NCBI GenBank assembly: GCA_963774265.1 | Contig: CAVZDU010000007.1 | Location: 256,001-320,000 of the forward strand | Source of the DNA: an uncultured Chloroflexia bacterium | Lineage (GTDB): Bacteria > Chloroflexota > Anaerolineae > CG2-30-64-16 | DNA: 64,000 bases | Direction of reading: 5' to 3' | In this document: positions 23,870 through 35,854 of the stretch, one piece after another | How positions within the stretch are numbered: the stretch's first letter is position 1 | How the letters are laid out: the number at the start of each line of letters is the position of its first letter | Translations under genes and position numbers: made by a program | Notes under the pieces: model-generated | What the model saw: the letters and a program-made list of their open reading frames with translations, nothing else | What the model was told of the DNA's origin: nothing | Database searches by the model: none

Positions 23870-25180
23870 GTGTTGGACGTGCGAGACTTCGGAGCGGCCG
23901 GTGACGGCCGGACCCTTGACACGGAGGCCATCCAGCGGGCCATCGAAGCCTGCGGCGTGGCGGGCGGCGGCACGGTCCACTTTCCGGCAGGCGCCTACGT
24001 CACCGGCGCGCTGGTCCTGCGGAGTCACGTAACCCTGCATCTGGAGGCCGGCGCTGTCTTGCTGGGGAGCGAGGATCCGGTCGACTACCCGGTCGTCCGC
24101 AGCATCTGGGAGGGCGTCGACCAGGAAACGTACGCGCCGCTGATCGGCGGCTCCTGTCTGGAGGGCATCGCGGTTGTCGGGCGGGGCACGGTGGATGGCC
24201 GCGGGGAGATTTGGTGGGAGAGGTTCAGGAAGTCCCGGGGCCTTGCCTTACGTTATCCCCGGCCGCGCCTGATCTCGTTCGTGGCTTGTCATAACGTCAT
24301 GATCGAAGGGCTCACCCTGGCCCGCTCGCCGAGCTGGACGATCAACCCGGTGCGCTGCAGCAACGTCACGATCGACAAGGTGACCATCTTCAACCCTCAA
24401 GATTCGCCGAATACCGACGGCATCAATCCGGATTCGTGCTCCAACGTGCATATCTCTAACTGCCACATCGACGTAGGCGACGATTGCATCGCCCTCAAGT
24501 CCGGCACCGAAGCTGAGGACAGCGACAAACGCGCTCCTTGTGAGAACGTCACGATCACGAACTGCACGATGGTGCACGGGCACGGCGGCGTCGTGATCGG
24601 CAGCGAGATGTCCGGCGGCGTCCGCAATGTCGTCGTCTCCAACTGCGTTTTCGAGGGCACCGACCGCGGGATCAGGCTCAAATCGCGGCGCGGTCGCGGT
24701 GGGGTGGTGGAGGACATCCGCGTGACCAACGTTATCATGGTGGACGTGTTGTGTCCGTTTGCAGTGAACCTCTACTACGCTTGCGGCGCGTGGGGCGACA
24801 AGGTTGTCTCTGACAGGCAGCCTCATCCTGTGACCGCGGGGACGCCGTGCTTTCGGCGGATTCACCTGAGTCACATCACCGCCCGCGACGCGAAGCTGGC
24901 GGCTGGTTTCGTGTTTGGGCTGCCCGAGATGCCGGTGGAAAATGTGTCGCTCAGCGACGTCTTTGTTTCGATGGCGCCCGACGCCGAACCTGGATACCCG
25001 GAGATGGCCGACGATATGGAACTGATGCAGGGGGCGGGGCTGGTCGTTCGCAACGTCCGGGGCCTGCGGCTTCAGGATGTCGAGATCGTGGGTCAGCAGG
25101 GGCCGGCTCTGCTCCTGGCTGATACGACCGGCATCCAGATAGCAGGTGGCGTGAGCCCACACCTGCACCCGCTTGGGTGA
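23870..25180 (+). CDS. Polygalacturonase family protein (GH28)
   Basis: SPNTDGINPDS, GDDCIALKSG, GHGGVVIGSE, RLKSRRGRGG. Confidence 0.95.
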   Translation: MLDVRDFGAAGDGRTLDTEAIQRAIEACGVAGGGTVHFPAGAYVTGALVLRSHVTLHLEAGAVLLGSEDPVDYPVVRSIWEGVDQETYAPLIGGSCLEGIAVVGRGTVDGRGEIWWERFRKSRGLALRYPRPRLISFVACHNVMIEGLTLARSPSWTINPVRCSNVTIDKVTIFNPQDSPNTDGINPDSCSNVHISNCHIDVGDDCIALKSGTEAEDSDKRAPCENVTITNCTMVHGHGGVVIGSEMSGGVRNVVVSNCVFEGTDRGIRLKSRRGRGGVVEDIRVTNVIMVDVLCPFAVNLYYACGAWGDKVVSDRQPHPVTAGTPCFRRIHLSHITARDAKLAAGFVFGLPEMPVENVSLSDVFVSMAPDAEPGYPEMADDMELMQGAGLVVRNVRGLRLQDVEIVGQQGPALLLADTTGIQIAGGVSPHLHPLG

Positions 25181-25199
25181 CGTTGAGGAGGTGCAGCGC

Positions 25200-26333
25200 A
25201 TGGTGACAGCGATAGATCGCAGCGAGCGGTACGCGCTGGCCCTGGATTTCGCAGGAAAACAGTTGCGCGGGCTGATCGAGTCTCACCCCAATTCTTTCCC
25301 GATCTACACGGTCGGGGGCAAGTGGCAACACGGCGGCGAGGCGTGGACCAACTGGTGCGAAGGTTTCCTCGGCGGCCAGCTTTGGCTGCTCTACGATCAC
25401 ACGGGCGATCCATACTGGCGCGGCCAGGCGGAGCACTACTCACGCCTGATCGAGCATCGCGTGACCGACCGGACCGTCCACGATCTGGGTTTCTTGTTCT
25501 GGTCCACCTGGAAACGCTGGTATGACCTGACGCACGACCCGGCGATCAACGCCGTGGTGATCGAGGCAGGTCGGACACTGGCCCTGCGCTTCAAAGAGCG
25601 GGGCGGATACCTGCGCTCCTTCGTGGCCGATGAAAGCCTATTCATCGACATCATGATGAATGTCGGCATCATCTTCTATGCCGCCCAGCAGACCGGGGAT
25701 GCAGAACCTGTTGCGTATCGCCACGCAGCACTGCCTGACCACCCGGCGCACGCTGGTTCGCGGCGACGGCAGCACCGCGCATGAGGGTATCTTCGACACC
25801 GCCACCGGCGAATTTCTGCGCCAGAGCACGCACCAGGGCTGGCGCGGCGATTCGGCATGGGCGCGCGGGCAGGCCTGGGCGCTGTATGGCTTCGGCACGG
25901 CCTACAATTTCACCCGAGATGAGCGCTTTCTCCACACCGCCGAGGCGTGCGCCGACTTCTACGTCGAGCGCACCCCCGCCAGCGGCGTCCGCAGCGGGCG
26001 GTTCCCGGTGCCGCCAAACGACTGGGATGAGCCGAATCCTGCGCTGCCCTACGAAAGCTCGGCCGCGGCGATTGCGGCCAGCGGCATGCTGGATCTTGCC
26101 CGGCTGCACCGGCGATCCGGCCCGCGCCGCGCGTTACCGCGATTATGCTCTGCTGCATCCTGGACACCCTGACCGGCTCCGAATTCCTGGCGATCGAGAC
26201 GCCCGGCTGGGAGGGCATCCTGAAGCATGGCATCTATCACCAGCGCAAGGGGCTGGGCGTGGACGAGAGCGTGATGTGGGGCGATTACTTCTTTCTGGAG
26301 GCGTTGAGCAAGGCGATGGCGATTGAGGATTGA
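25200..26333 (+). CDS. Unsaturated glucuronyl hydrolase (GH88, frameshifted)
   Basis: WCEGFLGG, HDLGF, FIDIMMN, THQG..SAWARGQAWALYGF, ESSAAAIAASG, WGDYFFLEAL. Confidence 0.9.
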
Positions 26334-26353
26334 AGATTGAAGATTGAAGATTG
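26321..26353 (+). repeat. Heptamer tandem repeat (GATTGAA)n across a stop codon
   Basis: GATTGAG GATTGAA GATTGAA GATTGAA GATTG spans the GH88 stop and ends 8 bp before the next ATG. Confidence 0.8.
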
Positions 26354-26361
26354 GGGGTACG

Positions 26362-27143
26362 ATGGCAGCCAATGAGCGCGTGGCGTTGGTGACCGGGGCG
26401 AGCCGGGGGATCGGCCGTGCGATTGCGGTCGCCCTGGCCGGCGCTGATCGGCGTGGCTGGACGGTGGTGGTCAACTACCGGAATAACGCCGAAGCCGCGG
26501 CCCAGACGCTGGCCCAGGTGCAGGCCGCGGGCGGGCAGGGCGTCATCGTCCAGGCGGACATTGCCGATGCGGCCGACCGAGAGCGCCTGGTGCGCGAGAC
26601 ATTGTCCCGCTACGGACAGATCGATCTGTTGGTCAACAACGCGGGCATGGCCCGCGCCAGCGCGTGGATATGCTCCAGACGACCGAGGCCAGCTATGATG
26701 AGGTCATGGCCGTCAACTTGAAGGGGCCGTTCTTCCTGACGCAGCTCGTGGCCAGGGCGATGATCGAGCAACCCGCCACTCCGGGCCGCGCGATCGTCAA
26801 CATCGGCTCGATGAGCGCCTATACCAGCAGCACGAACCGGGCGGAGTATTGTCTGTCCAAGGCCGGCATCGGGATGATGACCCGGCTCTACGCCGACCGG
26901 CTGGCCGAATACGGCATCAGCGTCTTTGAGATCCGGCCGGGGATCATCGCAACCGACATGACGAGTGCGGCGCAGGAGAAATACGATCGGCTGATCGCCG
27001 CGGGGCTGACTCCGTTCCGGCGCTGGGGCCGGCCAGAAGACGTAGCGCTGGCCGTTGAGATGATTGCGGGGGGACGCCTCCCCTTCTCAACCGGGGAAGT
27101 GATCAACGTTGACGGCGGCTTCCATCTGCACCGCCTGTCTTGA
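26362..27143 (+). CDS. Short-chain dehydrogenase/reductase (frameshifted)
   Basis: [21 protein letters not shown] (YxxxK), [10 protein letters not shown]. Confidence 0.9.
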
Positions 27144-27154
27144 GGGAGAGTGAG

Positions 27155-28617
<1,463 letters not shown>

Positions 28618-28633
28618 CCCACGCCTCCGGCGA

Positions 28634-28691
28634 AAGGAAGAAGGAAGAAGGAAAATCCAGGTTTTCCTTTTTCCTTGTTTCATCTTCCTTC
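28634..28691. terminator. Inverted heptamer-repeat hairpin between convergent genes
   Basis: AAGGAAG AAGGAAG AAGGAAAA, a short loop, then TTTTCCTTTTTCCTT..CTTCCTTC. Confidence 0.6.
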
Positions 28692-28726
28692 AGCGGGGAC
28701 CCTTCTTGCTTGGGGACGGTCGCTAT

Positions 28727-29395
28727 TCAGCCTTTGCGCCCGAAATCCGCGGGGATCTCGCCCCAGGCGTCGGTCTCCCACTTGAGCACCGGGATATCAT
28801 AGTCGTTGTTGCGCAGCCAAGCCTCGGCGCGGGCGATAAGCTCGAAAAGCGGTGCATTCAGTTCGTCGGGCGCCAGTTTGGTGCGGCAGGTCTTACGCCG
28901 CACCCAGGCGATGGCGTTGGCAGAGTCGGAGTAGATGGTTGTGCTGACGCCGCGCTTCTTACAGAGCGCGAGGGCGTGGACGATGGCCAGAAACTCGCCG
29001 ATATTGTTGGTGCCGTTGGCGAAAGGACCTTGCTTGAAAATCTCGGCATGGGTGGCGACGTGCACGCACCGATACTCGAGGGGGCCAGGGTTGCCGCTGC
29101 ATGCTGCGTCGACGGCATAGCTATCCGGATTGGGCTCGCCAGCGAGTGGCAGTCGCGACTGGCGACCACGCTGTTGTTTCGCTCCGCCCTCTTTCGATTG
29201 CGCCAGCTCCGGGTGGCGTGCCACAAACTCGGGGCGCGGCTGGTGGAAGGCCTCTTCGGCTAACTCACGGGTGTCGAAGGCCTTATGGCTGGCGCCAGGA
29301 AACCCGTTGATCTGGGCAAAGCACTCGGGCCAGGTTGCATAGACGCCCGGTTGATATCCGCGCCAGACGACGTAGTACTTCGGTTTCTTGGCCAT
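28727..29395 (-). CDS. rnhA: Ribonuclease HI with N-terminal hybrid-binding (caulimovirus viroplasmin-like) domain
   Basis: KYYVVWRG..PGVY..W.EC, AVDAACSGNPG, TNNIGEFLAIVHAL, IYSDS, KWETDAWGEIPADFGRK. Confidence 0.92.
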   Translation of the reverse strand: MAKKPKYYVVWRGYQPGVYATWPECFAQINGFPGASHKAFDTRELAEEAFHQPRPEFVARHPELAQSKEGGAKQQRGRQSRLPLAGEPNPDSYAVDAACSGNPGPLEYRCVHVATHAEIFKQGPFANGTNNIGEFLAIVHALALCKKRGVSTTIYSDSANAIAWVRRKTCRTKLAPDELNAPLFELIARAEAWLRNNDYDIPVLKWETDAWGEIPADFGRKG

Positions 29396-29454
29396 TATTC
29401 GGCGCCCCTCGTTCATGATAACACGGCACAGTTGTGCCGGGTCCCATCCGAATT

Positions 29455-30492
29455 CTAAGATGCCTTAGCGGTCGACCCAGTTCTCGGTGTCTTGTCCGAG
29501 TCATAGGCTATCTCGATCGTGTTGTTTGGCAGGAAATTTGATGCCAGGTATCGCAGCGATTGCTCGCGATCTTCGCCGCCTTCATCGCTCAAGAGCAGTT
29601 GCTCGCAGAAGACCGCGATGTCTTCGACGATCCTTTCATAGCGGTAATAAGCCAACGCGAAGGGGTCGATCGTTGTTGGACCATAGCCCTGGTAGAACAG
29701 GTCCTCTTCTTCTTGAGGGGTGCGTCCCTCACCGAACTGGCCACCGCCAGCGTACATCAGGTCGCGCTCTTTGGGGGCCAGGATGGGATTGTCCCAGTCA
29801 ACGATGTACAGCGCTGCATTGGCATCGATCAGGATATTGCCGGCGTGGATATCGGAATGACATACAACGAGTTCCGCAGATCGGGCCTGAAGCAACTGGG
29901 CGAGCCGTTCGGCGCGGCCGACAAGATCGAGGATCTCAGCTTGCCTGGCCTTCAAGAACGCAGCGAGCTTTGCGGCGGTGGGGTCAGTAAAAGTGTCACT
30001 CTCGACACGCCCCAGCAACGTGCTTACGATTTCGCGCCACCGTGGGGAATAGGCTTCCTGTGGGATGCATCTTGCCAGGGTTGAGGGCACTGCTGTAGAG
30101 TGAATGCCCTTGAGGGCGGCGCCGAAATCAACCCACTGGCGATCCGTCAGGTCAGCCTCATATCCATTGTGACCTTCAACAAAAGGGTACAGGATCACCC
30201 TGAAGGTGTCCAGGTCTGCCCAGAGCTGTCCCGCCAGGGTTGCCAGCGGAGGTATGATCTGCATGATGCCCCGATCGCTGAGGAACTTGGGCAAAGTCAC
30301 GGCGATTTCGTTAAAGTCGCCGCGCCTTAGCTTCACAAAATACGGCGTACCATCGTCTGTCACGGCGCGATAGACGGCCGTGTTCGGATCGGCCCCGAGA
30401 GGCAGGAACGTGACTTGAGCGGCACGCAACCCATATGCACCCAGCAGACAGGCGGCGATTTTTTCATCTCGAAGGTCTGGTTTCTCAAGCAT
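29455..30492 (-). CDS. Aminoglycoside phosphotransferase family protein (APH(9)-like)
   Basis: MLEKPDL..FLPLGAD, YFVKLR, LYPFVEG, CHSDIHAGN (Brenner motif), IVDWD..LAPKERDL, YYRYERIVEDI. Confidence 0.85.
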   Translation of the reverse strand: MLEKPDLRDEKIAACLLGAYGLRAAQVTFLPLGADPNTAVYRAVTDDGTPYFVKLRRGDFNEIAVTLPKFLSDRGIMQIIPPLATLAGQLWADLDTFRVILYPFVEGHNGYEADLTDRQWVDFGAALKGIHSTAVPSTLARCIPQEAYSPRWREIVSTLLGRVESDTFTDPTAAKLAAFLKARQAEILDLVGRAERLAQLLQARSAELVVCHSDIHAGNILIDANAALYIVDWDNPILAPKERDLMYAGGGQFGEGRTPQEEEDLFYQGYGPTTIDPFALAYYRYERIVEDIAVFCEQLLLSDEGGEDREQSLRYLASNFLPNNTIEIAYDSDKTPRTGSTAKAS

Positions 30493-31344
30493 CAGCGTAG
30501 CCGCACAGGGCCACGGCGCGCGGCCCTGTGTGCACACCCAGCACCGGGGTGGTTGTGGTGAGGATCAATTCGACAGGATCGTGCTCCCGGCGCACCCGCT
30601 CAGCGATCTCCGCGGCTTCATCCTCTGCGCCGCCGTGCAGGACCGCGACGTGTAGCCCTTTTCTCGCCCAACTGCGCGAAGAACGATTGATACAGCGCGT
30701 CGAGCGATTTGCGCCGGGTGCGCACCAGCGGCCCGGACTCCACCAGTCCGGTGGTGTGGTCGATGAACACCAGCGGCTTGATGCTCAGGACGGTGCCGAT
30801 CAAGCGGGTTGCATTGCCGATGCGCCCACCTTTGTGAAGGTAGTCCAGGGTATCCAGCGACACCCACAGGGCCATGCTCAGGCGTGCGCGTTCAGCCGCC
30901 TCGGTCATTGCGTGCGCGTCTCCGCCTGCCTCACGCACGCGCGCCGCGGCCAGCACCTGCCAGCCAAGGCTCATGGTCGGACCTTTGGCGTCCACGACCG
31001 TCACAGGGAAGCTGACTTGCGCTGCTCCCAACAAGGCCGCGTTGTAGGTGCCGCTCATTGCACTGCTTACGGTGATGATTACCACCTCCTGCGCACTGCG
31101 GGCATGCGCGGCCTCATAGGCCAGTCGAAACTCCTCAGGGGTGGCGTGAGCGGTCTTCGGAAAATGAGGGTCGGTTTCCAGGCGTCGGTAGAATTGGGCC
31201 GCGCTGATGTCGATCCGGTCGCGCAAGGACCTCGTCGCCCCAGATGACAGTGGCCGGCACCATGCCGATGTCGTAGCGCACCATCAGTTCGTCGGGGATA
31301 TCGCAGGTGCTGTCGGTGATGAGTGTGATGTCCTGGTTTGGCAT
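30492..31344 (-). CDS. DegV/FakB-family fatty acid-binding protein (frameshifted)
   Basis: ITDSTCDI, SSAMSGTYN, LDYLHKGGRIG, LSIKPL, VLGVHTGP. The stop overlaps the next ATG. Confidence 0.9.
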
Positions 31345-31388
31345 GTCATTTGCTCATATCAGGGATCGGCCGTCATCCGTGGTGACGA

Positions 31389-31947
31389 TCAGCGCGCCGG
31401 CGGTTGGTCCTGGAACACCAGGTACCAATACAAGGCGATCTCGCGCGTGCCGGGCATGACGCCGCGGTACAGATAGCTGTCGAACCCTCCCAGGACGAAT
31501 CCACAGCGTTCGTAGAGCCGGCACGCGGCCATGTTGATGTTTTGCGTCTCCAACATCACGCCGGGCAGTTCGCGCTCTCTGGGCCCACCGGATCGCCTGC
31601 TCGATCAGCCGGCGGCCAACACCCTGACGGCGGAAGGGCGGGTCAACGGCGATGTCCCAAATAATAGCATACCGGTTCCAGTTTTCATACACCAGGATTT
31701 GGCCGGCGAGCTGGCCGTCGATGTACGCCAGCCACGCCGCGTGATCCGGTCGGCCAATGTAGGCCTGGGCATCATAGATTTCGGGGCCGTAGCGTTTCAC
31801 GTAGGGCGTCACAGGGTGCACGGTGTAGCTGATCCGGTTATCCTCTACGTGCAGGCAAAGCTCGGCCTCCACAGTGAACGAATTGTCGCAGCGGTTGAGG
31901 TCGGCCTGGTTGTCGGCGGTGAGGCGGTAGATCACAAGGTCGTTCAC
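31389..31947 (-). CDS. GNAT acetyltransferase, streptothricin acetyltransferase (Sat)-like (one frameshift)
   Basis: PYVKRY, NWNRYAIIWDIAV..FRRQGVG. After the frameshift: LETQNINMAACRLYERCGFVLGGFDSYLY..EIALYWYL. Confidence 0.8.
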
Positions 31948-31957
31948 TGTGTCTTTG

Positions 31958-32812
31958 CTAGATGTCGAGGACAAGCCCATCGTAGGCGATTTCGTAGCCA
32001 TTTTGGTGCGCGAACTCCGAGAGGTGGGGGTGAGCAGGGTTCCCTTCGTGCGCGATATGCGTTGCGCAAACACGCGCCTGCGGAGCCAATAAACCCTCGC
32101 TCTGCAATCTCGCCGCCTGCTCGATGAATTGCCGAGCGTTCATGTGCCCACTCCCGGGTTGGTCAAGGCCATAGGTGTGGTCAAGAATCACCAAATCGAA
32201 CTGCCATCTGCCGTCATGAAAGCCTCGCCAGGTCTCTTCCGGCAAAACGCCCGTGTCTGCGCCGTAAAACAGCGCGTGGTCGTCCCTTTGAACCGCGTAA
32301 AGCAACGGCTCTATGACAGGGTCATGGTTTGCCGGAAACGCCATGACGCGATAAGGCCCCATCGTAAAGGATTGCAGCGGCTCAATCTCGTGGACCTGGA
32401 GATTCAACCGTTCGCCCACTTGGGGATCGAGAAAACCGGCCGGCGCGCAGTCTCGCTCAAGCAGGCCTGCGGCATGGCGGAGTGTCCCGGAAGACGCATA
32501 GAAGTCCAACCTTGATGCGCCGACCACACCATAACCAGGGCTCCGGGAGAGAAAATGCGACGTATCTAAATGATCGGCATGTGCATGTGTTTGTAGGCAA
32601 TAGCGCACTCCGGATAGAGAGCGGCCCTGGGCATGGGACGCGGTCATGATATCAGGCCCGAGGTCGATGAGTAAGTCATCATCCACCAGCGCCGCAGAGC
32701 GTGCGCGCAGGCTTTTCCCGCCGAGCGCCCGTGCCTGCTCGCAATTCTTACAGCGACAGAATGCCTCTGGAAAAGCATTTGCCGCAGAAGTACCGAGAAA
32801 GGAGATGATCAT
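31958..32812 (-). CDS. Metallo-beta-lactamase-fold hydrolase (PhnP-like)
   Basis: FLGTSAA, CRCKNC, IDLGPD, THAHADH, YGADTG, THIAH, AYDG. Confidence 0.88.
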   Translation of the reverse strand: MIISFLGTSAANAFPEAFCRCKNCEQARALGGKSLRARSAALVDDDLLIDLGPDIMTASHAQGRSLSGVRYCLQTHAHADHLDTSHFLSRSPGYGVVGASRLDFYASSGTLRHAAGLLERDCAPAGFLDPQVGERLNLQVHEIEPLQSFTMGPYRVMAFPANHDPVIEPLLYAVQRDDHALFYGADTGVLPEETWRGFHDGRWQFDLVILDHTYGLDQPGSGHMNARQFIEQAARLQSEGLLAPQARVCATHIAHEGNPAHPHLSEFAHQNGYEIAYDGLVLDI

Positions 32813-32868
32813 TTTTCACTCCACTTGACGCGGCCTTGATCTCGCTACGCCCCGCGGGCGATCCGCGA

Positions 32869-33686
32869 TCACTGCCCACGGCCACGGATGTACGCGTCAC
32901 ATCCGCGTTGTAGACGATCTCCTCGACCGTCATGGTCGCCCACGGCCGGCCCTGATCCAGCCAGGTGGCCGAGCCGGTGGCGTAGAGCTTCGTTCCCCCG
33001 ATGGTCGCGCCGGCCACGTTTCGCGTGATCCAGAGTATCTTTGATTTGCCCTCGCCCGGATCGCGATAACGCATTGCCTCCATCATGTCGATTAAATCCG
33101 TCTCGGGATTGAAGCGGACGACGAAGTTCTCTTGCCCCTCTTCGAAGGGGACGTAGAGCAGGGCGGTTTGGTCATCCACGGGCTGCCAGCGGACGCGCGA
33201 GTCTGTCACGAGGATTGCGGGAAACCAGCTCGCCTCCGCCCAAAGCGCCAGATTCGCGCCCTGGTTGGCGTTGGCGTCGTTCGTGTACGCGCCCATCGGA
33301 CTTTCGAAGAAGCTCTTGCCGTCCAGGTAGCCTTCGTTGACTTTCAGGAGCGGGGCGCCGAAGAGGGTGGCTTCAAAGTAGTGCCGGTAGTCGTGGCCAA
33401 CGTTATGGACGAAAACGAAGCGCGCCGGCAGCGGGATGTTGAACATCGGACGGATCGTGGCCCGGCCTGTGATGACTACGGTCTCGATCACCGGCACGCG
33501 CTCGCCGTAGACCGTGCGATAGAACCGCTCGACCGGCGCGGGCAACCCTGCTGGCAAGCGAACGGTCTCCAAGGTGGGTGTCGCCGCAGCATAGGCCGGG
33601 AACGGCTTTGGCTTGATCTGCAATCCTAGCCAGCCAACTAATACCAGGAGCGCGAGCGCTCCGACGATGATGAGCACGATTTTCAT
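32869..33686 (-). CDS. Conserved membrane-anchored hypothetical protein (DUF6544-like)
   Basis: N-terminal TM helix, LPAPVERFY, LWAEASWFPAIL, VRWQPVDD. The stop is inferred after a late frameshift. Confidence 0.7.
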
Positions 33687-33762
33687 GCCTGTATCGCTCC
33701 AGTCTTAGCAAGACAGGTCGGCTGCGTCGATGTGAAGCGCGGATCCATTCCCTGCCTGACGC

Positions 33763-34266
33763 CTACATCGCCCAACTTTGCAGCTCCAGGGCGTTGCCTT
33801 CCGGGTCGGTGACGTAGCACCAGGTGATGCGACCGCTGCCTCTGACTTCCACCGTCACCACCTCCCCAACGGGCTGGCCGCCAGCCGCCAGCACCGCGGC
33901 ACGCGCCGCCGCCACATCGGCCACGCTGAACGCCAGGTGGCCGAAGCCGGGCCGGTTGACTGCCGTCGGCGGCCGGCGGTCACCGGCCAAGCGGTCGTAC
34001 GTGAAGATCTCCAACGTCGGGCCGGCCTCGCCATGACCCGGCAGGCGGAGGTGGACCCCGCGCAGGTGTGCGGCAGGGAGGCCCGTACCAGCTTCGATGG
34101 CAGGTCCAGCCAGGTCGCGCTCCGGCGGCACTCGCACGCAGCCGAAGACCGTCTCGTAGAAACGGGCGAGCGCCTGCCAGTCGGCCGCGATCAGGTTGGT
34201 ATGGACATAGCGGGCCTGGAGCGATGGGGTCAGGGAAGAATCTTCAGCATGTGTCACCTCTTGCAT
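33763..34266 (-). CDS. VOC / glyoxalase family protein
   Basis: HTNLIA, FYETVFG, LEIFTY, GFGHLAFSVAD, DPEGNALELQ. Confidence 0.88.
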   Translation of the reverse strand: MQEVTHAEDSSLTPSLQARYVHTNLIAADWQALARFYETVFGCVRVPPERDLAGPAIEAGTGLPAAHLRGVHLRLPGHGEAGPTLEIFTYDRLAGDRRPPTAVNRPGFGHLAFSVADVAAARAAVLAAGGQPVGEVVTVEVRGSGRITWCYVTDPEGNALELQSWAM

Positions 34267-34408
34267 GATCGCGCATCGGCTCCAAAGAAGGGAATGAAGC
34301 GTTCGGTCATGTTGATCAAAACATGACCAGATTTCACGTAATCGAGCATAGCCTTCACTTTGGACAAATTCCTCGTGCCGGCCGATGATTTGTGGATCGA
34401 TGCGGTGG

Positions 34409-34987
34409 TCATTGGACCTCCAAGGCGTGGCCTGCGATATCGATCTGCGCGGCCGGCATGACCTTTAGCCCGGCTTCGCCCAGCTTGCGGTTCCACTCCT
34501 CGATGAGCCGCGCCGCGTCCTTGCTGTAACTGCTGTGACCGTCCTCGACCAGCACCACCGCGTAACCCAGCGCCTGCGCACCTTCGCACGTCGCCTTGAC
34601 GCAGCCATGGGTCACAAGACCCGTCACGACGACGCGGCCGACCCCGCGGCCGGCCAACTCCGCATGCAGCGACGTGTCCTCGAACGTGTTCCCGTGCTGC
34701 TTGTGAACGATCAGATCGTTTTCGCCGGGGTGAAGCCGGGGATGGAGCTGCCAGTCCGCTGAGCCGAGCGGCAGCACCTTGTCGGAAGCATGCTGGATGT
34801 AGACCACGAGCAGGCCGGCGCCACGAGCGCGCTGGATCAGCATTTCAATCGTCTTCAGCAGCGACTCCGCCCGGTAGATGGGAGTGGACTTGCGGAAAAG
34901 CCCCTGCTGCACATCGATCACCAGCAGCGCAGTGGCCTGTCCCTGAGCAGATGGCGCTGTTGGGCCTGGTCTATGATTCATTGTCAT
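34409..34987 (-). CDS. Isochorismatase-like cysteine hydrolase
   Basis: ALLVIDVQ, VVYIQH, K..NTFEDT, THGCVKAT. GAGGAG RBS before the ATG at 34987. Confidence 0.88.
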   Translation of the reverse strand: MTMNHRPGPTAPSAQGQATALLVIDVQQGLFRKSTPIYRAESLLKTIEMLIQRARGAGLLVVYIQHASDKVLPLGSADWQLHPRLHPGENDLIVHKQHGNTFEDTSLHAELAGRGVGRVVVTGLVTHGCVKATCEGAQALGYAVVLVEDGHSSYSKDAARLIEEWNRKLGEAGLKVMPAAQIDIAGHALEVQ

Positions 34988-34992
34988 TCTCC

Positions 34993-35451
34993 TCATCCCA
35001 CGCGGTAGTAGCGCCGGACTGCAGGAACCAGGCTCAGCAAGGTAATCACCGCGCCGAGGAAGGTTGTGAACGCCTGGATCGGAGCGGCGTAGCCCATGAT
35101 GACGAATTGGCCGGCCATCCAGATCAGCAGGCCCACGCCCATTGCGAGCGTGATGACCCACTCCCACTCCCGACCCACCGACCGGGTGATCCCTGGGAAC
35201 CATTGCGGGCGGGCGATGAGCGTCCACGCGAGCACGAGCGGTGCGAGCCCGAACGCGATCAAGAGGAAGAAGCCGAACGGAAGGAAAGTGTCCAGAAAGC
35301 CGCGCAGCATGCTGACATCCATGCCCATCGATGCGCCAGTCGGGTCAGTGACGAAGGAATAGCCCCCGTACAAGCCGCCTGCGCCGAGAACGACGCAGAA
35401 GAAGACCAACAGATAGGCCCAGAAAGGCCGGCGTGTCTTCGCAGTTGTCAT
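34993..35451 (-). CDS. Hypothetical membrane protein (about four TM helices)
   Basis: Hydrophobic helices and a GGLYGG..DPTG motif. An alternative upstream ATG at 35595 also has a strong RBS. Confidence 0.75.
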   Translation of the reverse strand: MTTAKTRRPFWAYLLVFFCVVLGAGGLYGGYSFVTDPTGASMGMDVSMLRGFLDTFLPFGFFLLIAFGLAPLVLAWTLIARPQWFPGITRSVGREWEWVITLAMGVGLLIWMAGQFVIMGYAAPIQAFTTFLGAVITLLSLVPAVRRYYRVG

Positions 35452-35854
35452 GATGCCCTCTCCAAAAATGATAGTCTGCCAGGCTGTAATACGGTGAAAA
35501 GCGTGCGGGGTTGCGAGGCGCCGGGAGTCTTCTAGCGAGGCATGAGCCGCCAATTGGCTTGGCCTGATTTTCGCTTCGCCAGGGTGGTTGGGCATGGATG
35601 ATCACCTCCAGTAGGATTATGCGCCTCAGCTCTGTCGATTCTATCGCGACGATCAGGCTGTTGCCATGACCCCTGTCATACGTGTTTATGAGCGGACGGA
35701 GGATGGAGACTGGTGTTCCAGGTTGGCGGGGTGCTGCGGCGCGGCGGGGGTGGCCCGGGGTGACGCTTTCGCACTCAGCCGACTGCCTTCGCCATTCTGG
35801 CATCGGGCCGCACTTGGGGTAGGATACACCTGATCGCCCGCTGTGAGGATGCAA

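Noticed and set aside
28727-29395. RNase H with a viroplasmin-like domain as a sign of a retroelement
   Set aside because: This is a known bacterial RNase HI architecture, and no reverse transcriptase is present in the window.
31958-32812. MBL-fold gene as a beta-lactamase
   Set aside because: The CxCxxC motif and lack of a signal peptide fit PhnP-like phosphodiesterases.
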